Source: Candidatus Obscuribacterales bacterium
Lineage (GTDB): Bacteria > Cyanobacteriota > Vampirovibrionia > Obscuribacterales > Obscuribacteraceae
Length of the DNA stretch: 64,000 nt
Assembly: GCA_965228855.1 (NCBI GenBank)
Contig: CBDDIJ010000003.1
Coordinates: 1,312,001-1,376,000, forward strand
Direction of reading: 5' to 3'
This document shows, one piece after another, positions 19,331 to 29,173 of this stretch (position 1 is the stretch's first letter; each line of letters starts with the position of its first letter). The position numbers were made by a program, and so were the translations under genes. Under the pieces are notes generated by a model that worked only from the letters and a program-made list of their open reading frames with translations, did not search any database and was not told where the DNA came from.

Positions 19331-20743
19331 TTATGCTTTGGAGCAGCTGGTGGCGTTCTCTTCCACTACGACTTCATATCCGGCTGTCCGCCAGGCATTG
19401 GTACCGCCTACGGTGTTATAGAGATACGCGACCCCACCGCTCTTGAGGATGTGCGTTGATACGCTCGAGCGATATCCGCTGGCACAAATTATCGCTGTGG
19501 GACGATGTTTGTCGACCTTGTCCAGATTTCTTTTCAGTTCAGCCAGCGGGATATTGATCGCGCCTGGAACATGACCGGCTTCATACTCGCCTTTGCGTCG
19601 AACATCTATAACCTGAAGATCTTTCACTTCCGTCATTTTTTCTTTGAGCTGATCGATTGTGATCTGTGGCGTTTCTCCAGTGTCGTGACCGCTCTTGATC
19701 CAGGCATAAATTCCGCCTTCAAGATAACCTACGACCGACTCATGACCGGCTCGAGCCAAACGTGTGATTGCTTCGTCGATTTGTTCTTTTTCTTCGACGA
19801 CAAGAATCAAAGGTGTTCCTATCGGAATCAGTGCACCTGCCCAGGATGCGAACTGTCCTCCCAAGCCGATGTTTATCGAGCCTGGAACGTGCCCGCCACC
19901 ATAGAGAGTGTTAGTGCGCGTGTCGACTACCAGATGACCTTTATTCATAGCCTCGTGGACTTCCTGAGGATTCATTGGCTTCGGTTGAGAGAGCCTGTCT
20001 AAAGATTGCGCGCCTTCTCTGTTTTTTGCGACGGCGGTCGGAAAATAGGCGGGGACCTCGGGAAGATCGGTGCACATCATGGCGATGAAATCATCTTTGC
20101 TCATATCTTTGAGCGCGTAGTTAAACTGTCGCTGCTGTCCGATTGTAGAGAAGCGCTCTGTCGACATGTTCTTACCACACAAAGAACCCGCTCCGTGCGC
20201 TGGATAGACGATAACCTGGTCGTCCAGCTTCAGCAGCTTTTGTCGCAGGCTGTCGTAAAGTAAGCCTGCCATCTCTTCTGAGCTGAAGCCTTTTGCGCTC
20301 ACCAGGTCCGGGCGGCCGACATCACCAATGAATAATGTGTCGCCGGTAAGCACCATCGCGGGTTTGTCGGATTGCTCCTTGTCCGTAACCAGAATGCAAA
20401 TGCTCTCGGGAGTATGCCCGGGCGTTGCGAGGATGTCGAGTTTGACTTTCCCGAATTCGATAGAGTCGCCGTCATCCACGGCTCGATGAGCAAAGGACGC
20501 CTCCGCGCGTTTGCTGAAAACAATCTCTGCTCCTGTTTTTTCTGCCAACTCGCGGTGACCTCCCACAAAGTCGGCGTGCACATGGGTCTCGATGATGTAC
20601 TTGATTTGCAAACCTTCCTTCTCAGCTGTCTCTAGATACTGGTCTACATCGCGTTGCGGGTCTACAACGCATGCTTCGCCTTCTGAACCAATCATGTAAG
20701 AAGCGTGTGCCAGGCATGCAAGAAAAAATTGTTTGAAGAACAT
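19331..20743 (-). CDS. MBL-fold persulfide dioxygenase-like protein fused to two rhodanese domains
   Basis: THVHADF, TPGHT, TGDTLFIGDVGRPDL, PAHGAGSLCG; the C-terminal rhodanese has ICASGYRS. Confidence 0.92.
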   Translation of the reverse strand: MFFKQFFLACLAHASYMIGSEGEACVVDPQRDVDQYLETAEKEGLQIKYIIETHVHADFVGGHRELAEKTGAEIVFSKRAEASFAHRAVDDGDSIEFGKVKLDILATPGHTPESICILVTDKEQSDKPAMVLTGDTLFIGDVGRPDLVSAKGFSSEEMAGLLYDSLRQKLLKLDDQVIVYPAHGAGSLCGKNMSTERFSTIGQQRQFNYALKDMSKDDFIAMMCTDLPEVPAYFPTAVAKNREGAQSLDRLSQPKPMNPQEVHEAMNKGHLVVDTRTNTLYGGGHVPGSINIGLGGQFASWAGALIPIGTPLILVVEEKEQIDEAITRLARAGHESVVGYLEGGIYAWIKSGHDTGETPQITIDQLKEKMTEVKDLQVIDVRRKGEYEAGHVPGAINIPLAELKRNLDKVDKHRPTAIICASGYRSSVSTHILKSGGVAYLYNTVGGTNAWRTAGYEVVVEENATSCSKA

Positions 20744-20905
20744 CGCTCAATCCCCAAGTAATTCAACCAATAGGCTAACCCGTCCGCGCGCAGAGCGCCT
20801 AAATCAACACAGTGATTTAATGATATCCGATACCTTGGCTTCTCTGGCAGTCGCTCTTTGGAGTCTGTATGATTGTCGATTCGATCGGTATGTCTCGGAG
20901 AAGTC

Positions 20906-23755
20906 ATGTTAAATCCTGTTGTTTTGCGTTATTCCAGGTTTTGGTCTACATTGCTGGCATCTACATTGCTGATTCAGTTTCCGGTCACCGCCAGGGAGAA
21001 TTCAGACCCGGCTAAGGCTGGCAAGAGTGCCATCAGGTCGCAAACCAAACCTCGAAAGACGAAAGATGTAGGGTCCATCAAACACGCTGTGCGCCTACCC
21101 AGAACAGTTCTTCCCGACACTTACCGAATCTTCATCGAGCCCGATCTCGAGAATGGGCAATTCACGGGCGAGGAGACCATCTTCATCAACGTGAACTCGG
21201 CCACCAAAGATGTCGTATTGAACGCAGTGGGTTTAGAAATTGGTGAAGTCGAGATTGCTCAAAACGGCGAGGATGGGCACGGTAAGTGGATTGCGCCGGA
21301 GCAGACAATCGAGAACCCGGAAAAACAGCAGATAACCTTTCGTTTTCAGCAAACGCTTAAACCCGGTAAGCATGAGTTACGCATCAAGTTTGGCGGGAAA
21401 CTGAACGAAAAGTTGGAAGGTTTCTACCTGTCAGGTTATACCGATAGCAGCGGTGAGAAGCGCAAAATAGCCTGCACTCAGATGGAGCCGACCGATGCTC
21501 GAAAGGTTTTTCCATGTTTTGATGAGCCGGACATGAAGGCGACCTTCAAAGTAACTCTTGCTGTTGACGAGAGTATGACGGCGATTTCAAATGCTGCGGT
21601 CCAATTCGACAAAACTGAAGGGCGAAGCGGAAAACGCCAAATCACTTTTGCTGAAACTCCGAAGATGTCTACTTATCTAGTGTGTTTCGTCGTCGGCGCA
21701 TTTGAAGCGACGGAAGCCGTGCGAGTCAACAACGTCGACATCCGTGTGTGGGCGACGCCGGGGCGGAAGGCGCAGTGCGCGTTTGCCAGCGATGCCGCTC
21801 AAAAGATGTTGCCGTATTTCGAGAAGTATTTCGGTGTTAAGTATCCACTGGCAAAGCTGGATTTGATTGCCGTACCTGATTTTTCCGCTGGTGCAATGGA
21901 AAATCTCGGTGCCGTTACCTTCCGTGAAACGCGCCTGCTTGTAGACGAGAAAACCGCTTCAACTGTCGCAAAGCAGGACGTGGCTTCAGTAATCGCACAT
22001 GAAATGGCCCATATGTGGTTTGGCGACGTAGTAACAATGAAATGGTGGGATGACCTCTGGCTCAACGAGGCATTTGCCACTTGGATGTCCGTCAAGGCAC
22101 TGGAGTCGTACAAGCCGGAATGGAATCCCTGGGATTTGTTCGTGAAGGATAGAGCGCCGGCACTGGCATCCGACTCTCTGAGTTCGACAAAACCAATCTA
22201 CAACGAAGTATTAAATCCGAGTGAAGCCGAAGAGATGTTCGACGAAATTACCTATGAGAAGGGCGCTTCCGTACTCCGGATGCTGGAGCGATTTCTAGGC
22301 GAAGAGACTTACATGAAAGGCATTCAAAAATACATTGCGGACCATCAGTTCGGTAACGCCGAGACCAGGGAGCTTTGGGATGCTCTAGAAAACGTCTCGG
22401 GTAAACCTGTGGCGTCGATAATGCAAAATTGGGTTTATTCTCCGGGCTATCCCGTCGTGAAAGTGGGAGAACGCTCGTCTTCTAAGAAAGGCACGGGAAC
22501 CGGGGTAACGCTCGGCCTGACCCAGGAATATTTCACAATTTCGCCGGTGGATGATTCCGGAAGCAAGGCTCAAAAAGCGGCGACCGAAAAAGAGAAGAAA
22601 CTGAAACTGTGGCAAGTGCCTGTTACCAGCCGGATTTTGAGTGACTCGATAAACCCGCCTGCGGACTCTTCCGGATTTTTGAAGCTTCTTCTGACGGAGC
22701 GAAAATCTGATTTACTGAATGTACCAGCTCAAGATCCAATCGTTGTAAACGCCCTTGCCGACGGCTATTATCGGGTTCAATATCCGAGAGAAATGAGCGA
22801 GTCTATTGGCAAAGTAGCTCAACAGGCTATGACTCCTGCTGAGCGCTATCAGTTTTTAAACGACTCGTGGGCTTTCGTAGAAGCCGGGACAATGCCGGTT
22901 TCGCAATACCTTGCTCTGACTGCTTATTTTCGCGATGAAACTGATCCAAACGTCATTGAGCTCCTGGTCTCACAAATTGCCACTCTCGACTGGTTTGTGA
23001 AAGACGCGTCTCGTGCTGAATTCGCTGCGTTCGTCAGGGACCGTTTTGGACCAATGGCTCGCAAACTGGGTTGGGAGCCCAAAGATGATGAAACAGAGTT
23101 GACGCAAGTATTGCGTTCTCACGTTCTAACAGCGATTGGTACCTATGGACAGGACCGCGGCACCATCGCAGAGGCAAGAAAGTTCTGGGATATCTATCAG
23201 GAGCAGCCGGAGGAGATCAACCCCAATCTGTACGAAGCGATCGTTGCCATAATGGCTTATAACGGAGATAAAGGCGTTTATGATGAGATGGAACATCTGT
23301 TCAAAAGCGCTACGACACCCGAGGCAAAGCTCCGAAATTTATACGGTTTGGCATACTTCCGTGATCCCGAGCTTCAGAAACGAACGCTGGAGCTTTCCTT
23401 AACGGATGAAGTAAAAACGCAGGATGCACCACATGTGATCCTACACGTTTTGAAGACGACGGCTGGCCGAGAGCTGGGATGGAGCTTCGTTAAACAGAAT
23501 TGGAAAGAAATGGAGACCCGTTATCCGGTTCATCTGTTCCCGCGCATTGTAGGCGGCGCTGCATCATTCGTTTCCAAATCACAATCCGATGACCTTGAGC
23601 AATTTCTCGCCAGTCATCCGATTAAATCCGGAAATCGAGTGGCTGGTAAAGTCATTGAGAGGGTGCGTTCTAATGTCAAAATCAACGAACGTAGTGGTGA
23701 TTCTCTAGACACCTGGCTGAAGGACTTTCGCTCCAGGGAGAGCGCGAGCCGATAG
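20906..23755 (+). CDS. pepN: M1 family aminopeptidase N with ERAP1-like C-terminal domain
   Basis: GAMEN, HEMAH-x18-E (WLNEAFA), YEKG; N-terminal signal-like segment. ORF open from 20873. Confidence 0.93.
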   Translation: MLNPVVLRYSRFWSTLLASTLLIQFPVTARENSDPAKAGKSAIRSQTKPRKTKDVGSIKHAVRLPRTVLPDTYRIFIEPDLENGQFTGEETIFINVNSATKDVVLNAVGLEIGEVEIAQNGEDGHGKWIAPEQTIENPEKQQITFRFQQTLKPGKHELRIKFGGKLNEKLEGFYLSGYTDSSGEKRKIACTQMEPTDARKVFPCFDEPDMKATFKVTLAVDESMTAISNAAVQFDKTEGRSGKRQITFAETPKMSTYLVCFVVGAFEATEAVRVNNVDIRVWATPGRKAQCAFASDAAQKMLPYFEKYFGVKYPLAKLDLIAVPDFSAGAMENLGAVTFRETRLLVDEKTASTVAKQDVASVIAHEMAHMWFGDVVTMKWWDDLWLNEAFATWMSVKALESYKPEWNPWDLFVKDRAPALASDSLSSTKPIYNEVLNPSEAEEMFDEITYEKGASVLRMLERFLGEETYMKGIQKYIADHQFGNAETRELWDALENVSGKPVASIMQNWVYSPGYPVVKVGERSSSKKGTGTGVTLGLTQEYFTISPVDDSGSKAQKAATEKEKKLKLWQVPVTSRILSDSINPPADSSGFLKLLLTERKSDLLNVPAQDPIVVNALADGYYRVQYPREMSESIGKVAQQAMTPAERYQFLNDSWAFVEAGTMPVSQYLALTAYFRDETDPNVIELLVSQIATLDWFVKDASRAEFAAFVRDRFGPMARKLGWEPKDDETELTQVLRSHVLTAIGTYGQDRGTIAEARKFWDIYQEQPEEINPNLYEAIVAIMAYNGDKGVYDEMEHLFKSATTPEAKLRNLYGLAYFRDPELQKRTLELSLTDEVKTQDAPHVILHVLKTTAGRELGWSFVKQNWKEMETRYPVHLFPRIVGGAASFVSKSQSDDLEQFLASHPIKSGNRVAGKVIERVRSNVKINERSGDSLDTWLKDFRSRESASR

Positions 23756-23861
23756 CAACTACATCACATAATTTGCAGTTTTTTGATTTTTAGGTAAAGT
23801 AGGAAAGGAGCCTGATGCCGGGAAAGACTCCTTACCGCAGACCTAAGAGTTCTCATTAAAA

Positions 23862-24893
23862 ATGGTAAGCAGCGCAAATCGGGAGGCAACTCCCCCTGTC
23901 CGGGCACTCGTCCTTTCGGGCGGTGGCGGTCGCGGCGCTTATGAAGCCGGCGTGGCTAAAGCATGTTTCGAACGAGACTTTCATTTTGATTGGATTGTCG
24001 GCACCAGTATTGGAGCGCTGAACGCCGCACTCGTGGGGCAAAATGACCTGGTAATACTGGAAGAAATGTGGCAGCGAATTAAATCGTCGGATGTTTATAG
24101 ACTGCCGTCCCCTGCCCATCTGCGTCGAGTATTTTTCGGACAACAGCTCGGGTTGTTAAACACGGCTCCGTTGGAAAGCCTCTTGAGGAGCTGCGTCAGC
24201 TTAGAAAGGCTCAAGGCCGGCAGATCGAAAGTCGGCTTCGTAACCACTGATCTTTGCGGTTTGGGAACCAGAGTCTTTACCGGAGATGAAATAGAGACTC
24301 AGGATGATCTTATCGATATTTTGATGGCATCATCTGCGATACCGCTTCTATTTCCTCCCAGATCGCTCAATGGTGAGGGGTGTTGGATGGATGGAGGGCT
24401 GGTCAGGAATACTCCGATTCAGGCGGCTATAAACCTTGGTGCAACTGAGATTTATGCGGTGCTAGTCGAGCCTAATTCAGCTGAAGCTTGCCCGTCCTCG
24501 TTAACGCAGTTGATTTCGCGTGTGCTGGAAATCGTTTTCGATCACTCCGCCCGCAGTGGCATTGCCCACGTCACTCAGCACAATCGAATCCTTGATGCCG
24601 GTCGTTTGCGCGGCGGAAACGGCAATTGGTGCTTACTGGAAGAAAAAGAAGTTGCTTCCGCCAGTGGAGACGGTACCGGCAATGGAAATGGCAAACGTCC
24701 CCAGGGATGCGCGTTCGAATTCGTCGACCTGTCAAAACAGGCAGGCACCGGAAAGCGAGTTAGTTTGTACATAGTAAAGCCGGAGCGCCAGATCCTGGGC
24801 TCTTTACTGGAGATTGATCCGCATGTTTCAAACTGGCTGCTCAAGCTTGGGTATGAAGACGTAATTCGCAAGTGCGAGCCTGCTGTTGTTTAA
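23862..24893 (+). CDS. Patatin-like phospholipase
   Basis: GGGGRG, GTSIG and DGG motifs. Confidence 0.92.
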   Translation: MVSSANREATPPVRALVLSGGGGRGAYEAGVAKACFERDFHFDWIVGTSIGALNAALVGQNDLVILEEMWQRIKSSDVYRLPSPAHLRRVFFGQQLGLLNTAPLESLLRSCVSLERLKAGRSKVGFVTTDLCGLGTRVFTGDEIETQDDLIDILMASSAIPLLFPPRSLNGEGCWMDGGLVRNTPIQAAINLGATEIYAVLVEPNSAEACPSSLTQLISRVLEIVFDHSARSGIAHVTQHNRILDAGRLRGGNGNWCLLEEKEVASASGDGTGNGNGKRPQGCAFEFVDLSKQAGTGKRVSLYIVKPERQILGSLLEIDPHVSNWLLKLGYEDVIRKCEPAVV

Positions 24894-24934
24894 GCACGCA
24901 GTTGTTTCCCAGCCTGTTGTTTAAAAACGTCGTT

Positions 24935-26065
24935 TTACATTGATTCGATGGCGCGCTGCCTGTCTCGTTTAGCCTTGTCCGGCTGCCCCAGTTTTTCATA
25001 AACCAGAGCACGTTGCCTGTATGTATCGGGAGATGGGAACGCTGAGTTTTCCAGGGCGTTTGTGTAATCCGCAAGTGCCTGAGGGTACTGTTTTGTCGCT
25101 AAATAGCAATCTCCCCGAAAGCGATATGCATCGCTGTTGTCGGTTTCACGCTTTAGTAGTTTCGAGTATAGTGCGATCGCTTCGTCGTACTTCTTGATTT
25201 TGCGAAGCAGGTTTCCGTATCGGTAAACATAACCTACTGCATTTTTCGTCGATTCAAGAGCACGTTCAAAATATTTGCATGCGCGCTCGCCCTCGTTAAG
25301 ATTCTCGAGGCAACTCGCTGCCGACGCATAGGAGCTTGCATCTCCCGGATTATTCTTGATAGCTCTTACGTAGTCTTCGTAAGCATGTTTATAGTCTCCG
25401 GCATAAAAGTAAAGGTTGGCTCGATACTGATAAGCACATGCTGCGCCTGGAAACCGTTTAATGTAATTGTTGTACACCTTCAGTGCTTCTGCGCTCTTGC
25501 CCTTCTTCTCGAGCGCTACAGCGTGCCAGAGATCGTTGTTTTGAAGTACGGTTTTATCGTGATCGCGAGGCAGCCGAGCTTGACTGTACAATTTGCGCAG
25601 AGTAAGGACGATTTTGTCGTCTGTCGGGTCTAGACCGTAAGCATATTCGTAGGCCGCGGCTGCCCTTCGATAATCCTGTCTCGATTTAAAAATATCGCCT
25701 CTGGCATTCGCGGCTGGTTTAAATGCTTGGTTCAGTTGAAGCGCTTTCTGGTAGTCGGCTTCTGCTTTTGCGTACTCTCGTTTTCTGCTGTGCAGTCGAC
25801 CACGAAGTTGATAGACATTGGGATTATTCGGATATCGCTTGAGCAGGGTCTCTATTTCCGCTTCAGCTTTTGAAATCTCTTTGTGATCGAGCAATTTGTC
25901 GCATGTATAGATATCCTGGATTTCCGGATCTGTCAGCACGTCGCCGCGCGCGGACGAAGCGCAAATCAGGTTGCAAGCAATGGACAGTAAGATTGTCTGT
26001 CTTCGTGGGTAAACGTGCATTTTCGTCGACGGAAAGTTTTTCCATCCTAGCACGCGTGTGACCAT
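24935..26065 (-). CDS. TPR repeat protein, probably exported
   Basis: About 8 TPR units (e.g. YQLRGRLHSRKREYAKAEADYQKAL); start uncertain. Confidence 0.85.
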   Translation of the reverse strand: MVTRVLGWKNFPSTKMHVYPRRQTILLSIACNLICASSARGDVLTDPEIQDIYTCDKLLDHKEISKAEAEIETLLKRYPNNPNVYQLRGRLHSRKREYAKAEADYQKALQLNQAFKPAANARGDIFKSRQDYRRAAAAYEYAYGLDPTDDKIVLTLRKLYSQARLPRDHDKTVLQNNDLWHAVALEKKGKSAEALKVYNNYIKRFPGAACAYQYRANLYFYAGDYKHAYEDYVRAIKNNPGDASSYASAASCLENLNEGERACKYFERALESTKNAVGYVYRYGNLLRKIKKYDEAIALYSKLLKRETDNSDAYRFRGDCYLATKQYPQALADYTNALENSAFPSPDTYRQRALVYEKLGQPDKAKRDRQRAIESM

Positions 26066-26079
26066 GACTCGAATGCAAC

Positions 26080-27270
26080 TTAGCCGCCAAAATCCTCGTT
26101 CGCAAACGGGTATGTCTGGGTCAGGATTCGATCGAATCCCAGGTAAGGGTCGTCGAGGTCTGCATGTAGAACTTCGCGATATAGCCAGCCTTTCATATCG
26201 TCCGGTTTGAGCGTCCTGTTTGTCTTGACGAGCGAGTCACGAAGATAGGCGTGAATCAGCGGTCTTCTTTCGGACTCGTTCAAGTCTGAATCAGACTGTA
26301 GCGCCGCGTTTAAAGCCGACCTGGTTGTAGCAGTCGTTTCAAGCGGCACCGCAGGTGGTGAAGACGTACTTGCAAGTACTTTCACCGCAGGGACCAGAGG
26401 AGGCGCCGAAAGGCTGTGATAAGCGATTAGCTTACGGTTCATCTGCTCTGGGTTGGACGTCAAGTCAGCAAATTGGTTCTTGATCAACGAAAGCGCCGAC
26501 AAGTATCGAGATTGACTGTAGATTCCGGGAATTACATCGATCACGCTTCCGTCACTTGTACATATGTACGTGGCAATATTTCCATTCACTGTTCTGGTTA
26601 TTGTTTTTCCCGTTCCAAAATCTATTGTGATTTTCGGAACAGGTCGGACCGAGACCCAGGTCGGTTCAAAGTTCTGGTTTATGTAGTTGGAAACTTCCGG
26701 CGACGAGAACAACACGGTTCTCGCAAGTCTTGCGTTCGTTCAGCAGAAACGATCGTCCAGTGCTCCCATCATGTGAAATACAAGTACCGGTTTGCCTGAT
26801 TTCGACGCACTGTTCATTGCCGCTGTTAAGTCTTTATGCCATGAGACCAGTCCGGGTTTGACCTTGACCATAGCCACTGCCGGCGGTGCTGAAATCGGGA
26901 TGCCGCTATCAAGTTTCTGCAACTCGCCTCTGGTCTCCAGACTTTTAAAAAGATCCGGCGCTGTACTTGTTTTCAGCATCGACTTTAACGGCGCCTCGAT
27001 TCGAATTTTGCTGAAGTCGGGCCTTCGCGGAGCGGCTGGTACATACTCCGATCTGATCATCCGCTTCAGCGGAATTTCGATTGCCGCCTTACTCATGTCC
27101 ATCCGGCGCGTCGTCTTCAGCGTTTGATTTGACAGATTTTGAGCCGATGCTGCAGACATTACGCAAAGTCCCGCAATGAGGGACGCTGCAACAGTCAGGC
27201 AGACACTGGTTGAGGTGCGCCGTGATATCGACGGCTGTTTTGCACGCGACCAATTATCGTTGAGATTCAC
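26080..27270 (-). CDS. Predicted selenoprotein: exported thioredoxin-like protein with SELENON-like C-U motif, 396 aa if UGA 26740-26742 is read as Sec
   Basis: ORFs 26740-27270 and 26080-26715 are in the same frame and read ...GKPVLVFHMMGALDDRFC-TGA-TNARLARTVLFSSPEVSNYINQNFEPTW...; signal peptide; SECIS-like hairpin 3' of the UGA. Confidence 0.85.
26704..26723 (-). promoter_or_regulatory. Candidate bacterial SECIS element
   Basis: mRNA CGAGAAC-CGUGUU-GUUCUCG: perfect 7-bp stem, apical loop 23 nt after the UGA, G at loop position 2 followed by U. Confidence 0.65.
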
Positions 27271-27509
27271 GGTTTAATCCTCTGTCTGCGCCGGAAACGG
27301 ATGACTATGGATGTGCAAATTCAATTCGAGCCATCTGGACCTATTCTGATCAAGTAACGCCGTTTTTGATCTGGTGTAAACCCTGAAGTTCTGCAGGAAG
27401 TTTCCCGGAACTTTTGTGACAGAGCGTAATAATCCCCTTTGCAACTCGCCTTAATGGAAGTATCTTTGATGCTGTAAAAGAGGGGTATCCATGCAACAGG
27501 TCAACGATT

Positions 27510-28100
27510 ATGCATCCCTACTGGATTCAGAAAATTGAGGAGAGCCGAAAGACGTCTGTGACCAAATTCTGGGTCGTGATTGTGCTCATAATCGTACTTC
27601 CGTTGTTGTTAGTCATGAAGCATGACCACTTTATGATTCTGGGAGTTCTGTGTTTTGCAGGTGCCGGATTGCGGCTTTACTGGCTGGGGCGAGATTTACC
27701 GTCGACTCCCAAAGATCAACTGCCGGCGTCGGCAGACCTGACCAATCAAACGGAGATGCAGTTTCCCCCGCAGTGTCCGTCGAACACCACTCCAAACATC
27801 TTTGGCACTCCTCAGACACACTCTGACTTCGCCTCGGCACCTATGCCGCATATGGGTGTTCAAACACATCCGTTTCCAGAACAAGCTCAGGTTGTCTCAG
27901 GTCAGTACGTGACCGGAGCGCAACCGCAAATAGCAGGTGGAGTGCCTACTCAATTTCCAAATGGTTTGCCGCCAAATCCGTTCCCTCAGAGTCAATCTGT
28001 GCCGTCGTTGACGGGCGAGGAAGATTTGCCCGGATTACAGACTGGTGTCGAAACCGCAGCGCCGCAGAGACCGCTTCACTTCCACGACATGGCTCGCTGA
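27510..28100 (+). CDS. Two-TM protein with Pro/Gln-rich tail
   Basis: Two hydrophobic helices followed by a low-complexity region. Confidence 0.7.
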   Translation: MHPYWIQKIEESRKTSVTKFWVVIVLIIVLPLLLVMKHDHFMILGVLCFAGAGLRLYWLGRDLPSTPKDQLPASADLTNQTEMQFPPQCPSNTTPNIFGTPQTHSDFASAPMPHMGVQTHPFPEQAQVVSGQYVTGAQPQIAGGVPTQFPNGLPPNPFPQSQSVPSLTGEEDLPGLQTGVETAAPQRPLHFHDMAR

Positions 28101-28125
28101 CGAGTTTCGCAGGGCTATCGTCGTC

Positions 28126-29160
28126 TCACTGGCTTGACGTACTTACCTTACTGTTCTTCTTCGGCGGGTGCTCTTTCAAATAGCGCTTGGCTCCGTCTGA
28201 CAGTAAATCTCTGTGCATTCTCCACGGGTCCTTGAAGAAATAAACCGCGATGTCCTTGTCCAGCATGTGTGTCGAGACCAATTCGATGGCGTAGAGCTCT
28301 TCGTTTTTTCCCTCTCCGTAAATTATGTTTTGTCCCTCACGTTTTTGCTTTAGCAGCTTCTGGAAATAGAGCATGGCGCTGTTCTGCTCACGCGGCATAT
28401 GACCAGACATGACTGCGATGTGAAGACGTTTCCACTCATTTTCCGGAATGGTCGCTTGCCACTTCTTCATTTGTTCGTCGATTGCTTTGAGTTCGAAACT
28501 GATTGCCTCATAAGCATTTTCTAGAACCAGGGGCCCAGCTTGCCTTGTGTATTCCAGGAGCCGCGTACTATTTACGGCGCCCGCTTTCTCAATTTCATCG
28601 ATGAATTGAGAAGTCTTATCTATGAGGAGATGCTGGCGCTTCAGGCATTTATCAGATAAATTCCATTGCTCTAGATTTTTCGAAGCAGTCGAATATGTTT
28701 TTCTAAAATTATTCAGGCGCTCCAGAGTTGGCTTGGAAAGAGCCTTTCCGTCTGTCCCCTCGAGGATAACAAATATCGTCAGTGGGATGTGGGCAACCGA
28801 CTTCAATAGAGAATACTCAGCCGGAATGATATTCGTCTCCTCGCGTTTGCCCTTGTAATCGAGGATAAGCTTGTCTTCCTTTTGAATTATCAATGGTCCG
28901 CTGGTCGAGTATTTGTCGGACCTGGCGAGTGCATATGCGCTTCGGAATTGCTGGTTCATCTCGTTCCACGGAACAAGCAAGTCTTGTTTTGTTGATGCTG
29001 TATTCGTCTCTGACTTCGCTTCTGGATTTAGCTCGGCTCCGGTTTGCGCAGACCCGGTATTTGAAACGCTCGAATCAGGTGTGCTTTCAGCGTTCACTGC
29101 ATGAATGAGTCCAGTTGAGATTGCCAGTGAGATTGCCAGGGCAAATATTCTCTTATTCAA
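28126..29160 (-). CDS. Secreted helical hypothetical protein
   Basis: TTG start at 29160 gives signal peptide NKRIFALAISLAISTGLIHAVNA. The ORF is open to 29265, but that extension overlaps the neighbour. Confidence 0.7.
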   Translation of the reverse strand: MNKRIFALAISLAISTGLIHAVNAESTPDSSVSNTGSAQTGAELNPEAKSETNTASTKQDLLVPWNEMNQQFRSAYALARSDKYSTSGPLIIQKEDKLILDYKGKREETNIIPAEYSLLKSVAHIPLTIFVILEGTDGKALSKPTLERLNNFRKTYSTASKNLEQWNLSDKCLKRQHLLIDKTSQFIDEIEKAGAVNSTRLLEYTRQAGPLVLENAYEAISFELKAIDEQMKKWQATIPENEWKRLHIAVMSGHMPREQNSAMLYFQKLLKQKREGQNIIYGEGKNEELYAIELVSTHMLDKDIAVYFFKDPWRMHRDLLSDGAKRYLKEHPPKKNSKVSTSSQ

Positions 29161-29173
29161 CTCTCGCGACCTT

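Noticed and set aside
26080..26715. Independent 211-aa gene, or a simple nonsense pseudogene
   Set aside because: It is in frame with the upstream ORF, has no clear RBS, and the stop is a UGA exactly at the Sec-equivalent position with a downstream hairpin. Recoding fits better, though a pseudogene is not excluded.
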